Positions 1-10,260 of a DNA stretch of 64,000 nucleotides are shown piece after piece. The stretch spans positions 150,504-214,503 of the forward strand of contig CAVRAL010000004.1 in NCBI GenBank assembly GCA_963719085.1, in the 5' to 3' direction. The position numbers and the translations under genes were made by a program. The stretch comes from a candidate division FCPU426 bacterium (GTDB taxonomy: Bacteria > Oederibacteriota > Muellerivitia > Muellerivitales > Muellerivitaceae). Under the pieces are notes generated by a model. It was not told the origin of the DNA and searched no databases. It saw nothing but the letters and a program-made list of their open reading frames with translations. Position 1 is the stretch's first letter. Each line of letters opens with the position of its first letter.

Positions 1-685
1 GCATTTTGGAAATCACGCCCGTGGAGACCGACTTACCATCGCGCAAAACCGTGACCCGGTCGGCGATTCGGGCCACTTCTTCCAATCGGTGGCTGATATA
101 AACAGCCGAAACGCCCTTTTGGCGAAGCTGACTTAAGAGATCAAGTAATCGCTTGGAATCGCTTTCGGTGAGGGCCGCCGTGGGCTCATCCAAAACCAAA
201 AGCCGGGCGTCTTTGGCGAGGGCCTTGGCGATCTCCACCATCTGCTGTTGGCCCACGCCCAAGTCCTTAACCGGTGTATGGGGATCGACCGTTAGACCTA
301 CTTTTTCTAAAGCCCGGCGGCAGTTTTGTTCCGCCACATCCTTTTGAAGAAACCCAAACCGGGAAGGTTCTTGGCCTAAGCTCATGTTTTCGATCACCGA
401 AAACTCGGGAACCAAGGCCAGTTCCTGGGCGATCAAAGCCAATCCCACTTTTTCCGAATCCTGGAGCGACTTAAAAGCGATCTTTTCCCCTGAAAGCAAT
501 ATTTCCCCGCCGTAGGAACTGGCCGGGTGGTAGCCGCATAAAATTTTGATAAGGGTGCTTTTACCCGCGCCATTTTCCCCGCAAAGCGCGTGGATCTCGC
601 CGGGGTTTAGGTCAAAGCTGACGCCATCCAGCGCGCGGACGCCGGGGAAATCTTTGGTGATGTTTTTCAGTTCAAGCAGGGCCAT
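1..685 (-). CDS. xylG: D-xylose ABC transporter ATP-binding protein, N-terminal ATPase domain only; the C-terminal half lies beyond the window start
   Basis: Reverse-strand translation MALLELKNITKDFPGVRALDGVSFDLNPGEIHALCGENGAGKSTLIKILCG...LLVLDEPTAAL...ARIADRVTVLRDGKSVSTGVISKM carries Walker A, Q-loop, signature and Walker B motifs. The N-terminus closely resembles E. coli XylG. The ATG at 683-685 checks as cat on the plus strand. Confidence 0.8.
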   Translation of the reverse strand, partial: MALLELKNITKDFPGVRALDGVSFDLNPGEIHALCGENGAGKSTLIKILCGYHPASSYGGEILLSGEKIAFKSLQDSEKVGLALIAQELALVPEFSVIENMSLGQEPSRFGFLQKDVAEQNCRRALEKVGLTVDPHTPVKDLGVGQQQMVEIAKALAKDARLLVLDEPTAALTESDSKRLLDLLSQLRQKGVSAVYISHRLEEVARIADRVTVLRDGKSVSTGVISKM

Positions 686-732
686 GGGTGAATATTATGC
701 CCTTTTTCGGGAACCGGGTCCCCAAAAACAAA

Positions 733-777
733 AAGCCCGACCCGCTCCCCCGAAGGGGGCGGGCCGGGCTTTTTTGT
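733..777. terminator. GC-rich hairpin (agcccgacccgctcccccgaagggggcgggccgggct) flanked by an A-run and a T-run; putative bidirectional rho-independent terminator
   Basis: Seen in the sequence between the end of the OMP gene (792) and the xylG start (685). On the minus strand it reads as hairpin plus TTTTTGTTTTTG. Confidence 0.5.
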
Positions 778-791
778 CCCTGATGGAATTG

Positions 792-1448
792 TTAGAGATT
801 GAGAATCAAACCCGCTTGGACCGGAACATAACGGGTAGGCATATCAACTGAATACCCCACCGTCCAATCGGCCAAAGCCGCGCCTGAAAAGACAAAGGAT
901 TCTTTGGCCTGGGCGAAAACGCTGAAATCATCCGTCATCGCGTACTCTAAACCAATTCCCGCTTGTAAAAGGAAATCAGTCGTCATGCTCTGCTCAGCAT
1001 AGTTATGGTAAGGCGGTGTGTAATAAGTGGTGTACTTGTAACCCGCCACGTCAACTGCAGCCCCAGGCCCGAAGAAAACATAGGGGCTGAACCCGCCCTT
1101 GAAAATCCGATATTTCATCAGAAGGGCGATTTCCGTGGTATTCCAGTAATACACATAACCCGACGCTGAAGTATCGTCTTTGGCATCAAACTCATGCCAT
1201 TCCAAATCGGCCAGGATGGAAAGTTGCGGGGTGATCTTATACCCAACCGCTCCCCCATAATTATAGCCGGTTTTAAAGCCCCCATCGCTGTAACCGGGAG
1301 ATCCGTCGGAAAAATTTTTACTGATCGGAAGGCTCAACCCACCCTCAACTTGAAATTCCCATTTTTTGGCATCTGCACTGGTCGAATCTTGCGCCAAGGC
1401 CAGGGAAGCGGTCGACATGAAAAGCAAGGCAAACAATAATTTTTTCAT
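792..1448 (-). CDS. Small outer-membrane beta-barrel protein (OMP_b-brl / OmpW-like), secreted
   Basis: Signal peptide MKKLLFALLFMSTASLALA. Alternating hydrophobic, Y/G-rich beta-strand pattern. ATG confirmed, with an AGGAGA ribosome-binding site. Paralog of the next gene. Confidence 0.55.
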   Translation of the reverse strand: MKKLLFALLFMSTASLALAQDSTSADAKKWEFQVEGGLSLPISKNFSDGSPGYSDGGFKTGYNYGGAVGYKITPQLSILADLEWHEFDAKDDTSASGYVYYWNTTEIALLMKYRIFKGGFSPYVFFGPGAAVDVAGYKYTTYYTPPYHNYAEQSMTTDFLLQAGIGLEYAMTDDFSVFAQAKESFVFSGAALADWTVGYSVDMPTRYVPVQAGLILNL

Positions 1449-1465
1449 TATCCCTTCTCCTTTTG

Positions 1466-2059
1466 TTAAATGTGGAAATCAACGCCGACTTGAATCGGCA
1501 CATAGGCGAGCTGTTTATCCAGCCCCCAATAATTCGCCACGTTCTTGTCCCACCAGACGAAAGAAGCCTTGGTCTGGGCAAAAACGCTCAATTGATCATC
1601 AACCGGCAGATTGACTCCTACACCGCCATCCACCAGGAACCCGCTAGAGTAGTAATCATAAAAATAACCGTCATAGTAATGCTCGTTGTACGTTAGGAAA
1701 GACACGCCCGATCCGACAAAAACATAAGGCCGAACAGGTCCCGTCGGAAGCATGTACTTCACTTCTAATCCCAACTCATTTGAAACGACTTGGTCATTGT
1801 AGTAATAGTCGTCGGTAGCGAAATTGGCGCTTACATTGTGGGATTCCAATATCGCCATCACCGAAATTTGATCATCTACCCGGTAACCAATTCCAACGCC
1901 GAAGTTATACCCATAAGTACTGTGTCTGGCGAACTGATAGCTCGTCGGGATATCGACACCCGATAACAGTTGAACCTCCAACTTTGACGTGAAGTCATCA
2001 GCAAAAGCAGCCGATGCCGCCACCATCAAGAACGAAACAAAAAACGCAATCTTTTTCAT
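1466..2059 (-). CDS. Small outer-membrane beta-barrel protein, tandem paralog of 792..1448
   Basis: True start is the internal MKKIAFFVSFLMVAASAAFA (ATG at 2057-2059, AGGGAG ribosome-binding site). The track ORF is extended upstream in frame. Same Y/G-rich beta-barrel character. Confidence 0.55.
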   Translation of the reverse strand: MKKIAFFVSFLMVAASAAFADDFTSKLEVQLLSGVDIPTSYQFARHSTYGYNFGVGIGYRVDDQISVMAILESHNVSANFATDDYYYNDQVVSNELGLEVKYMLPTGPVRPYVFVGSGVSFLTYNEHYYDGYFYDYYSSGFLVDGGVGVNLPVDDQLSVFAQTKASFVWWDKNVANYWGLDKQLAYVPIQVGVDFHI

Positions 2060-2247
2060 GTTTGCTCCCTTTCTTGTTTTCGACAACGGGCGAAAGCTTA
2101 ACAAAAATTCATTAGGAAGAAAAACGATTTTTTTAAAAAAGTTACAAAAAAAGAATATTTTCTTGACAGGATCCGAAGTGGGAAAAATTTACCCACCTTT
2201 CATCCGCCAAAAAATAAAACCGCCCAAACATTGTCAAACAGAATGCG

Positions 2248-3255
2248 TTATTTGGAATAAACGCTTTCTTTCTTTTGGTAACCGTCGGCGATTACGGTGG
2301 AATCCAGATTCGATTTATCGACTTGGATTGGGTCCAGAAGAATGGAGGGAATGTCGGCTTTGCCATTGTTGACCGTCGTGGTCTTGTCGGCCAACGGCTG
2401 TTTTTGCGCCAGAGCCACGGCCAGCTCAGCCGCTTTTTCCGCCAGTTTTTGGATCGGTTTATAAACTGTCATGCTTTGGGTCCCTGCCGCGATACGTTGG
2501 CAACCGGCCAGATCCGCGTCCTGACCCGAAACCGCGACTTTCCCGGCGAGATTCTGCTCGCCCAAAGCCTGCAGGGCGGCGCCGGCCAAGGTGTCATTGG
2601 CGGCCACCACGGCGTCGATCTTATTGTTGTTTTGGGTCAAGGCGTTCTCGGTGATTTTAAGCCCATTCACCGCCGTCCAATCGTTGGCCCATTGATCGGC
2701 CACAATTTTGATGTCTCCCCGCTTTACCGCAGGCCCTAAGATCGACATCTGACCGTCGTGGAAAAGATGGGCGTTATTGTCCGTCGGCGCGCCTTCCACC
2801 AATAAATAATTACCTTTGGGTTTTTCCTTCAGCAAATAATCCGCCTGCAGTTGGCCTACTTTGAAATTGTCGAAGGAAACGTAAAGATCCACATCGCTGT
2901 CACGGATCAACCGGTCGTAGGAAAGCACCGGAACACCCGCCTTGTGGGCGGCTTCCACAATCGTCGCCGCGCTTTTGGCGTCATGCGGAACCACGACTAA
3001 TACCTGGACGCCTTCGGTTAAAAGGTCTTCCGCCTGCGAATTTTGTCGAACCGCGTCATTGTCGGCCGCTTGTACCAGCACCTGGGCGCCGAGTTCCTTG
3101 GCCTTAGCCGTAAAAAAATCCCGGTCATGCTGCCAACGCTCTTCCTTAAGGGTATCGAGCGACAAACCGATTTTGATTTTAGCCGGGCCTGACTTAGCGC
3201 ACCCCCCCAAAAACACCATCGCCGATAAAACCAATACCCAGAACTTTACTCTCAT
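2248..3255 (-). CDS. xylF: D-xylose ABC transporter periplasmic substrate-binding lipoprotein
   Basis: Lipobox LGGCAKSG. Long stretches align to E. coli XylF (IKIGLSLDTLKEERWQHDRDFF, NKIDAVVAANDTLAGAALQAL, VSGQDADLAGCQRIAAGTQSMTVYKP). ATG and a GGGAGG ribosome-binding site confirmed. Confidence 0.85.
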   Translation of the reverse strand: MRVKFWVLVLSAMVFLGGCAKSGPAKIKIGLSLDTLKEERWQHDRDFFTAKAKELGAQVLVQAADNDAVRQNSQAEDLLTEGVQVLVVVPHDAKSAATIVEAAHKAGVPVLSYDRLIRDSDVDLYVSFDNFKVGQLQADYLLKEKPKGNYLLVEGAPTDNNAHLFHDGQMSILGPAVKRGDIKIVADQWANDWTAVNGLKITENALTQNNNKIDAVVAANDTLAGAALQALGEQNLAGKVAVSGQDADLAGCQRIAAGTQSMTVYKPIQKLAEKAAELAVALAQKQPLADKTTTVNNGKADIPSILLDPIQVDKSNLDSTVIADGYQKKESVYSK

Positions 3256-3281
3256 GAACGCCTCCCTGTTGTGAACATAAA

Positions 3282-4016
3282 TTATTTTTTCATTAGATTG
3301 TTAAACGCGTCCCCCATCAATCCCTGGGCAATACCGTAGTAGTTGTCGGTGCTTCCATCGGTCGTCGTAATTGTATTTGCCTGCCAAAGCGTGCTTCCAT
3401 CTTTCGCGGAGATAAGAAAAAATTCCAAAGCGACCGCCGCCTGCCGGCCCCGATTCTTGAACAAGTTTAGATCCTGTTCAATGATGGAGCGTCTTCCCCA
3501 ATAGTTGATGTTCTGACCATCCTGGGATTCCCGGATATCGATCGAGAAGGCGAATTCAGCATAATAATCAATGAGGACGATCAAAATATAAGGCGGGTAT
3601 CCGCAAAATTGGGAGATTTGGGGGTTGTAGAGATATTTGGCGGGGTTTAACACATGCATCAAAAGAGCCTTTTGATAGGTTTCATTGAACGCGACTGGAT
3701 TCAACGACAGATTCATTTCCGCGGCTTTTTCTTGAAGAGCTCGGTCTGTTTCGTTAACCGCCTGGCTTTTATCCGCCACGAAATAAGCCCGGTCTGTTTT
3801 CATTCCTAAAAATTCGCGCTGCGCGGGGACCAAATATCTCGTATCGGATCCGTTCGCGTGGACCCGTAAAGGGCTGAAATAGCTGCCCATATAGGCGATG
3901 GTTCCATTAGGAACGTCAAACCCCGGCGCCCGGCTGTAAAACGAATTTCCAAGGACCCGATTGGGGATAAAAGCTCCTGAAACTAAAAACGTCAATAATA
4001 CCGTCAATATCTTCAT
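3282..4016 (-). CDS. Secreted hypothetical protein
   Basis: Real start is MKILTVLLTFLVSGAFIP (ATG 4014-4016, AAGGAAA ribosome-binding site). The track ORF is extended and overlaps the cNMP-binding gene. No recognisable domain. Confidence 0.45.
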   Translation of the reverse strand: MKILTVLLTFLVSGAFIPNRVLGNSFYSRAPGFDVPNGTIAYMGSYFSPLRVHANGSDTRYLVPAQREFLGMKTDRAYFVADKSQAVNETDRALQEKAAEMNLSLNPVAFNETYQKALLMHVLNPAKYLYNPQISQFCGYPPYILIVLIDYYAEFAFSIDIRESQDGQNINYWGRRSIIEQDLNLFKNRGRQAAVALEFFLISAKDGSTLWQANTITTTDGSTDNYYGIAQGLMGDAFNNLMKK

Positions 4017-4101
4017 ACCTATTTCCTTCATTGGTTTTTTCTCAGAAAATCCAGCCTGGTTTGATTTCAAATCAAATGTCTCTAAAACGCTTTTCTTCCC
4101 G

Positions 4102-4536
4102 TCAGAGATTTTCCGCCGCGCGGGCGTCATAGGCTTTTTTGAGTTTCCCGGCGATGGCGGGATTTTTGAGAAGTATCTTTTCAAAGTCGCTCTTTTGCAG
4201 AACGAAGAGCTCAACCTGGCCTTCCGCGATGACCGTGGCATTGCGCGGCTCGTTGGAGATGAGCGCCATCTCACCGAAAAAGTCATCGGCCCTCAACTCG
4301 GCCTTTTTCACACGGCCTTTGCCCTTGTCCACCCAGACCGAGACCCGGCCGGTGGCAATCAGGTAAAAATCCTCCCCCGCGGCGCCCTGACGGATGATCT
4401 CGTACCCCTTGAAAAACCGGGCAGCCTTGAGGGCCATGACCAACTGGTCGAGTTGCTTCAGGGTCAGGTCCTGCGCGAAATAAGTCCTTTGAAGAACCCC
4501 GCGCAGGTGGGTAAAGATAGCGGATGTGGGAACCAT
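4102..4536 (-). CDS. Stand-alone cyclic-nucleotide-binding domain protein (CAP effector-domain family)
   Basis: 144 aa with FFKGYEIIRQGAAGEDFYLIATGRVSV...DFFGEMALISNEPRNATVIAEG, a typical cNMP-binding beta-barrel with the FGE(M/L)AL motif. ATG confirmed. Confidence 0.7.
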   Translation of the reverse strand: MVPTSAIFTHLRGVLQRTYFAQDLTLKQLDQLVMALKAARFFKGYEIIRQGAAGEDFYLIATGRVSVWVDKGKGRVKKAELRADDFFGEMALISNEPRNATVIAEGQVELFVLQKSDFEKILLKNPAIAGKLKKAYDARAAENL

Positions 4537-4654
4537 GGTTGAACCCCTTATTGATGAAGGCCAAAGACAGGACGACTTGCCATTTATTCTATCAGCTTTT
4601 GCCAGCTTATTGAAAAGAGCTAGATCAATTGGCTCCCCACATTAGACAAGTTTT

Positions 4655-4697
4655 ATTTTAAACAAAAATGCCGAAACGCCCAAGAGGCGCTTCGGCA
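4655..4697 (-). terminator. Rho-independent terminator downstream of the Ser/Thr-rich protein gene
   Basis: Hairpin gccgaaacgcc-caagag-gcgcttcggc, followed on the minus strand by ATTTTTGTTT. Confidence 0.5.
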
Positions 4698-4725
4698 AAG
4701 AAGCGGGAGAGAGAAAAACCAATTG

Positions 4726-5403
4726 TTAGTAGTTTGAAGTCACGCCTTCACTGCTTGATAAAAGATAGGAGCCATCCGAAGTTCCCGTAAAGGCGGACTT
4801 ATTCAAATTGTTGATGGAAGCGATGACATCATTGTTCCCAGTGGCGCCGGGCAAAGAACTATTGGGGATGCTATAAGGCGAAGTAACATTGGGCCCAAAG
4901 GTCTTGACCGTGTAAGGACTGATGCTTTCTTCCGCCGTGATGACATTTTCATTTCCCCCGCCGGTCCAAGTGCAAACCAAGTTGGAACTGCTGGTGCTGA
5001 ATACGGGCGTTCCCACGGCGGTGGTGCTCGCCGAGTAACTGTTTCCGCCAAACGAAGCCGTGAGGGTATAGGGTTGATCAGCCGTATAGGTGAAAGAAGT
5101 GTTGTCGTAATAAGCGAGGCTCAACAGAGTTACCCCGCCGCTGTATGTGACGGGATAAGAAGTACTGATGACATAAGTGAGGGGAACTTGGGTATTGCCG
5201 GAATAAGACAGGGTCACCGCCGCGTTGTTAACCGGACCACTGGAAGTGGCGATCTCAGTGAAGGCGCTCCCATTTGAGATTGCCGAAATAATGAGGGGGC
5301 CGTTCCAGCTAAAACTGCCCGACCCCAAACCGCTAGGATAGTTGCTGGAGCTACAGGAAATAGAAAAGAAAGATAAAACCAGAAAGAGAGAAACCCGTTT
5401 CAT
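4726..5403 (-). CDS. Ser/Thr/Gly/Asn-rich secreted, lipoprotein-like low-complexity protein
   Basis: Start MKRVSLFLVLSFFSISC (ATG 5401-5403, AGGAGG ribosome-binding site). Roughly 40% S/T/G/N. No catalytic motifs. Confidence 0.5.
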   Translation of the reverse strand: MKRVSLFLVLSFFSISCSSSNYPSGLGSGSFSWNGPLIISAISNGSAFTEIATSSGPVNNAAVTLSYSGNTQVPLTYVISTSYPVTYSGGVTLLSLAYYDNTSFTYTADQPYTLTASFGGNSYSASTTAVGTPVFSTSSSNLVCTWTGGGNENVITAEESISPYTVKTFGPNVTSPYSIPNSSLPGATGNNDVIASINNLNKSAFTGTSDGSYLLSSSEGVTSNY

Positions 5404-5555
5404 AACGCCTCCTAAATAAAAGTCGACAAATTTTACCACGGTTATGCCATGAATACCTTCGAGGATCCTTTTTTCGCGTAATCAGGCCATGAAATTAACC
5501 CTAATTACGCTTATTGTCTTCTCTTGCCTAACGCGGACAGACACACAAAACTGAG

Positions 5556-5588
5556 AAACAAAAAAGGCGGGCCCTTTTGAGGCCCGCC
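5556..5588 (-). terminator. Rho-independent terminator after ahcY
   Basis: Hairpin ggcgggcc-cttttga-ggcccgcc, then TTTTTTGTTTCTC on the minus strand. Confidence 0.55.
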
Positions 5589-5679
5589 TTGGAAAAAGCT
5601 ATTTCAACTGGGGTTGCTTCGTCATTGTCGGACTGCTATTCGCAGTCCATTCCTCGCAATGACCGCGATTAAATTTTGC

Positions 5680-6966
<1,287 letters not shown>

Positions 6967-6991
6967 TCAAGCGGCCAGGGTTTTTCGAGTC

Positions 6992-8161
6992 TTAACGAAG
7001 ATGAGCGGCTTTGCGGAGCGCGGCGGCCTTGTCCGTCTTTTCCCAGGTAAAGTCCTTGTCCACCCGGCCGAAATGGCCGTAAGCGGCGGTCTTCTGGTAA
7101 ATCGGGCGGCGCAAATTCAGCGCCTTGATGATGCCCCGGGGCGTCAGGTCAAACACCTTGCGCACGACCTGGGTGATCTGTTCCTCGGGCAACTTGCCCG
7201 TGCCGAAGGTGTTCACCAAAACGCTGGTGGGCTCCACCACGCCGATGGCGTAGGAAATCTGCACCTCGCATTGGTCGGCCAAACCGGCGGCCACGATATT
7301 CTTGGCCACCCAGCGCGCGGCGTAAGCGGCCGAGCGGTCCACCTTGGACGGATCCTTGCCGGAGAAAGCGCCGCCGCCGTGACGGCCATAGCCGCCGTAG
7401 GTGTCGACGATGATCTTGCGGCCCGTGAGGCCGGTGTCGCCCAAAGGTCCGCCGATTTCAAAACGGCCGGTCGGGTTGACGAAAATTTTGGTTTTGGAAT
7501 CGATCATGCTGGACGGGATCACCGGCCGGATGACATGGCGTAAAATATCCGCCTTGAGTTTGGCTTGGCTGATCGGCGCGTGCTGGGTGGACAAAACCAC
7601 CGCGTCCACGCGGGCGGGTTTGCCGCCGATATATTCCACCGAAACCTGGCTCTTACCATCGGGACGGAGGTATTTGAGCTTTCCATTCTTGCGCACCTTG
7701 GCCAATTTCTCGACCAAGCGGTGGGCCAGCATGATGGGAAGCGGCATCAATTCCGGCGTCTCACGGTTGGCGAAACCGAACATCATGCCTTGGTCGCCGG
7801 CGCCGCCGGTATCCACGCCCATGGCGATGTCAGGCGATTGGCGGTTGATGGCAACGGTCACGCCGGCCGTGTCAGCGTCGAGGCCTGCTTTGGCGTCCAG
7901 GTATCCGATTTTGCGGATGGCGCCACGGATGATTTCGGGCCAATTGACTTGAGCGTTGGTGGTGATCTCGCCGGCCACAACCACCCAGTTGCAGGTGAGG
8001 AGGGTTTCACAAGCCACACGGCTCAGGGGATCTTGTTTTAAGCAGGCGTCCAAAATAGCGTCGGAGACTTGGTCGGCGACTTTATCCGGATGACCTTCGG
8101 TGACGGATTCGGAGGTAAAGAAAAACCGCTCTCTTCCCAGCGGCGACAACGCGCTTTTCAT
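6992..8161 (-). CDS. metK: S-adenosylmethionine synthetase
   Basis: [36 protein letters not shown] and other MetK signatures. ATG confirmed. Forms a metK-ahcY methyl-cycle pair. Confidence 0.95.
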   Translation of the reverse strand: MKSALSPLGRERFFFTSESVTEGHPDKVADQVSDAILDACLKQDPLSRVACETLLTCNWVVVAGEITTNAQVNWPEIIRGAIRKIGYLDAKAGLDADTAGVTVAINRQSPDIAMGVDTGGAGDQGMMFGFANRETPELMPLPIMLAHRLVEKLAKVRKNGKLKYLRPDGKSQVSVEYIGGKPARVDAVVLSTQHAPISQAKLKADILRHVIRPVIPSSMIDSKTKIFVNPTGRFEIGGPLGDTGLTGRKIIVDTYGGYGRHGGGAFSGKDPSKVDRSAAYAARWVAKNIVAAGLADQCEVQISYAIGVVEPTSVLVNTFGTGKLPEEQITQVVRKVFDLTPRGIIKALNLRRPIYQKTAAYGHFGRVDKDFTWEKTDKAAALRKAAHLR

Positions 8162-8269
8162 AGTGAAGCTCCTTAAGAATTGAAGTTGACGGCAACAACC
8201 ACAAAAAAGTCGGATAAACCGGGGGCGTGGGTTGGCTTTAAAGCGACCAGCATTTTCGCCTAGGAGGCC

Positions 8270-8310
8270 CCAAAAGAAAAGCCCTTATTCCATTTAAGAA
8301 TAAGGGCTTC
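8270..8310 (-). terminator. Rho-independent terminator after the ABC permease gene and upstream of the metK leader
   Basis: Hairpin aagcccttattc-catttaa-gaataagggctt, followed on the minus strand by TTCTTTTGG. Confidence 0.55.
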
Positions 8311-8332
8311 TTGAGGATTCCTAAAGCGACGG

Positions 8333-9277
8333 CTATTTCAAACCGGTGGTGGCAATTCCTTGGATGAAGTAGCGCTGTCCGATCAGGAACATCAAGGCGA
8401 TCGGGATCGAGATTAAAAGCGAGGCGGCCATCAACAGGTGATAGTCGCTTCCATAGAGGGACATGAAGTTTTGAAGGCCCAAGGTCAGGGTCTGTTTGTC
8501 ATCCGAGGTCAGGTAAAGCAGGGGGTTCAGGAAGTCGTTCCAGTTATAAACAAAGGAGAAGACCGCCACGGTGACCAGCGCGGGTTTGCAGAGGGGCAAA
8601 AGAATACGCCAGAAAACCCCGAAATCGGTGCAACCGTCGATCTTGGCGGCCTCGTCCATTTCGTAAGGAATGCTCATGAAAAACTGGCGCATCAAGAAGA
8701 TGTTATAAGCCCCGCCGCCCAGCCAGGCCGGGATGATCAGGGGATAAAAAGTATTGTCCCAGCCAAATCCCCGGGCGAAAAGGAAGAAGGTGGGGATCAT
8801 GGTGACCTGGGTCGGCACCATCAAGGTGGCCAGGCAAAGCATAAAAAGGAAGTTGCGGCCCGGAAACCGGAGCCGGGCGAAGGCGAAGGCCACCAGCGAG
8901 GAGGACAAGGTCGTTCCCACGCAGGAAGTGATCGTAATGATCAGCGTGTTCACCAAGTAAGTCGTGAAATTGACGCCTTGGATGGTGAAGCCCAAAAAGG
9001 TCCAGGTGTCGTCCGCGTAGACGCCCTTGCCCGTGTTGGGGTTGAGCACGTTCCAAGCGTTGGGATAATTCTGAAGCTGAAGGGGATGGGGGATCCAAAT
9101 CGGCGGGATCCGGGAAACATCCGTCGGCAGTTTAAAGGAAGTCGAGAGCATCCAAAGAATCGGAAACAGCATCAGCAAGGATCCGATAATCAGAAGAACC
9201 GAAACCACCACTTTGGTGATCGCTTCGTTGCGGCGTTTGCTAGCCCAATGGCTCATCACTTTTTCAGGCATTTCCAT
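8333..9277 (-). CDS. Carbohydrate ABC transporter permease (MalG/UgpE-like, CUT1 family)
   Basis: Six TM segments and the EAA loop DEAAKIDGCTDFGVFWRILLP. ATG confirmed. Confidence 0.8.
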   Translation of the reverse strand: MEMPEKVMSHWASKRRNEAITKVVVSVLLIIGSLLMLFPILWMLSTSFKLPTDVSRIPPIWIPHPLQLQNYPNAWNVLNPNTGKGVYADDTWTFLGFTIQGVNFTTYLVNTLIITITSCVGTTLSSSLVAFAFARLRFPGRNFLFMLCLATLMVPTQVTMIPTFFLFARGFGWDNTFYPLIIPAWLGGGAYNIFLMRQFFMSIPYEMDEAAKIDGCTDFGVFWRILLPLCKPALVTVAVFSFVYNWNDFLNPLLYLTSDDKQTLTLGLQNFMSLYGSDYHLLMAASLLISIPIALMFLIGQRYFIQGIATTGLK

Positions 9278-9325
9278 TCCACCTTAAAAAGAAGTTGATC
9301 CCCGCGGGACCTCATCCGAAAACAA

Positions 9326-10243
9326 CTATTTGCGAAGCTCACCCTCGTAATAAACCCACTTGGAATATTTAAACTGAACCCAAGTCACCGCCATGATCAC
9401 CAAAAACAACACGCAAGCCAAAGCCGAGGCGTAGCCCATTTGGTAATAATCGAAGGCCTTTTTATAAATATAGAGGACCATCACCAGGGTAGAATTGGCC
9501 GGCCCGCCCAACCCGTTGGTCATGATGAAAACTTGGTTGAAGATTTGGAACGAGGTCACGATGCCGATGATGAGCTGAAAAAAGATGACCGGGGAAAGCC
9601 CCGGTAAGGTCACGGTCCAAAACTGCTGCCACTTGTTGGCCCCGTCGATGTCGGCGGCCTCATAAAGCGTGGTCGGGATGCCCTGCAAGCCCGCCAAGTA
9701 AATGATCATGCCCGCGCCCACGCCCCAAAAGCTTTGGATGATCAGGGCCGGCTTGCTCCAGATTTCGCTGGCCAGCCATCCCGGACAATCCTTGATGGGG
9801 ATTCCGGTGAAAACCGAGATGAAATAGTTCATCAAGCCGTGGTCGGCGTCAAAGATCCATTTCCACAGCATGGCCACCGCCACGCTGGCGCCCATGACCG
9901 AAGGCAGGTAAAACACCGTGCGGAAAAAGCCGATGCCCTTCACTTTTTGGTTCATCAAAAGCGCCACGATGATCGACAAAGCCATCCCGATGGGAACGGA
10001 AAGGACGGTGAAATAAAAGGTGTTGCCCAAGGCCTTCCAAAAAAGGTTGTCATGGATCATTTGGATGTAGTTGTTCAGCCCGATGAACTTCGGCGGGACA
10101 AAAAGCCCGTCCCATTGGAAAAGCGAAAGTCCGAAAGCCGCGATAATGGGCCCCGCCATTAAAAAAATCAGCCAAACCAAAAAAGGAGAGATGAAAACAA
10201 AAGCGCTGATGGCTTCTTTTCTTTCAGCCGACGTAAAGGGCAT
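9326..10243 (-). CDS. Carbohydrate ABC transporter permease (MalF/UgpA-like)
   Basis: TM topology and the EAA motif YEAADIDGANKWQQFWTVTLP. ATG confirmed. Confidence 0.8.
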   Translation of the reverse strand: MPFTSAERKEAISAFVFISPFLVWLIFLMAGPIIAAFGLSLFQWDGLFVPPKFIGLNNYIQMIHDNLFWKALGNTFYFTVLSVPIGMALSIIVALLMNQKVKGIGFFRTVFYLPSVMGASVAVAMLWKWIFDADHGLMNYFISVFTGIPIKDCPGWLASEIWSKPALIIQSFWGVGAGMIIYLAGLQGIPTTLYEAADIDGANKWQQFWTVTLPGLSPVIFFQLIIGIVTSFQIFNQVFIMTNGLGGPANSTLVMVLYIYKKAFDYYQMGYASALACVLFLVIMAVTWVQFKYSKWVYYEGELRK

Positions 10244-10260
10244 ACGGGTCTCCTTAAAAG

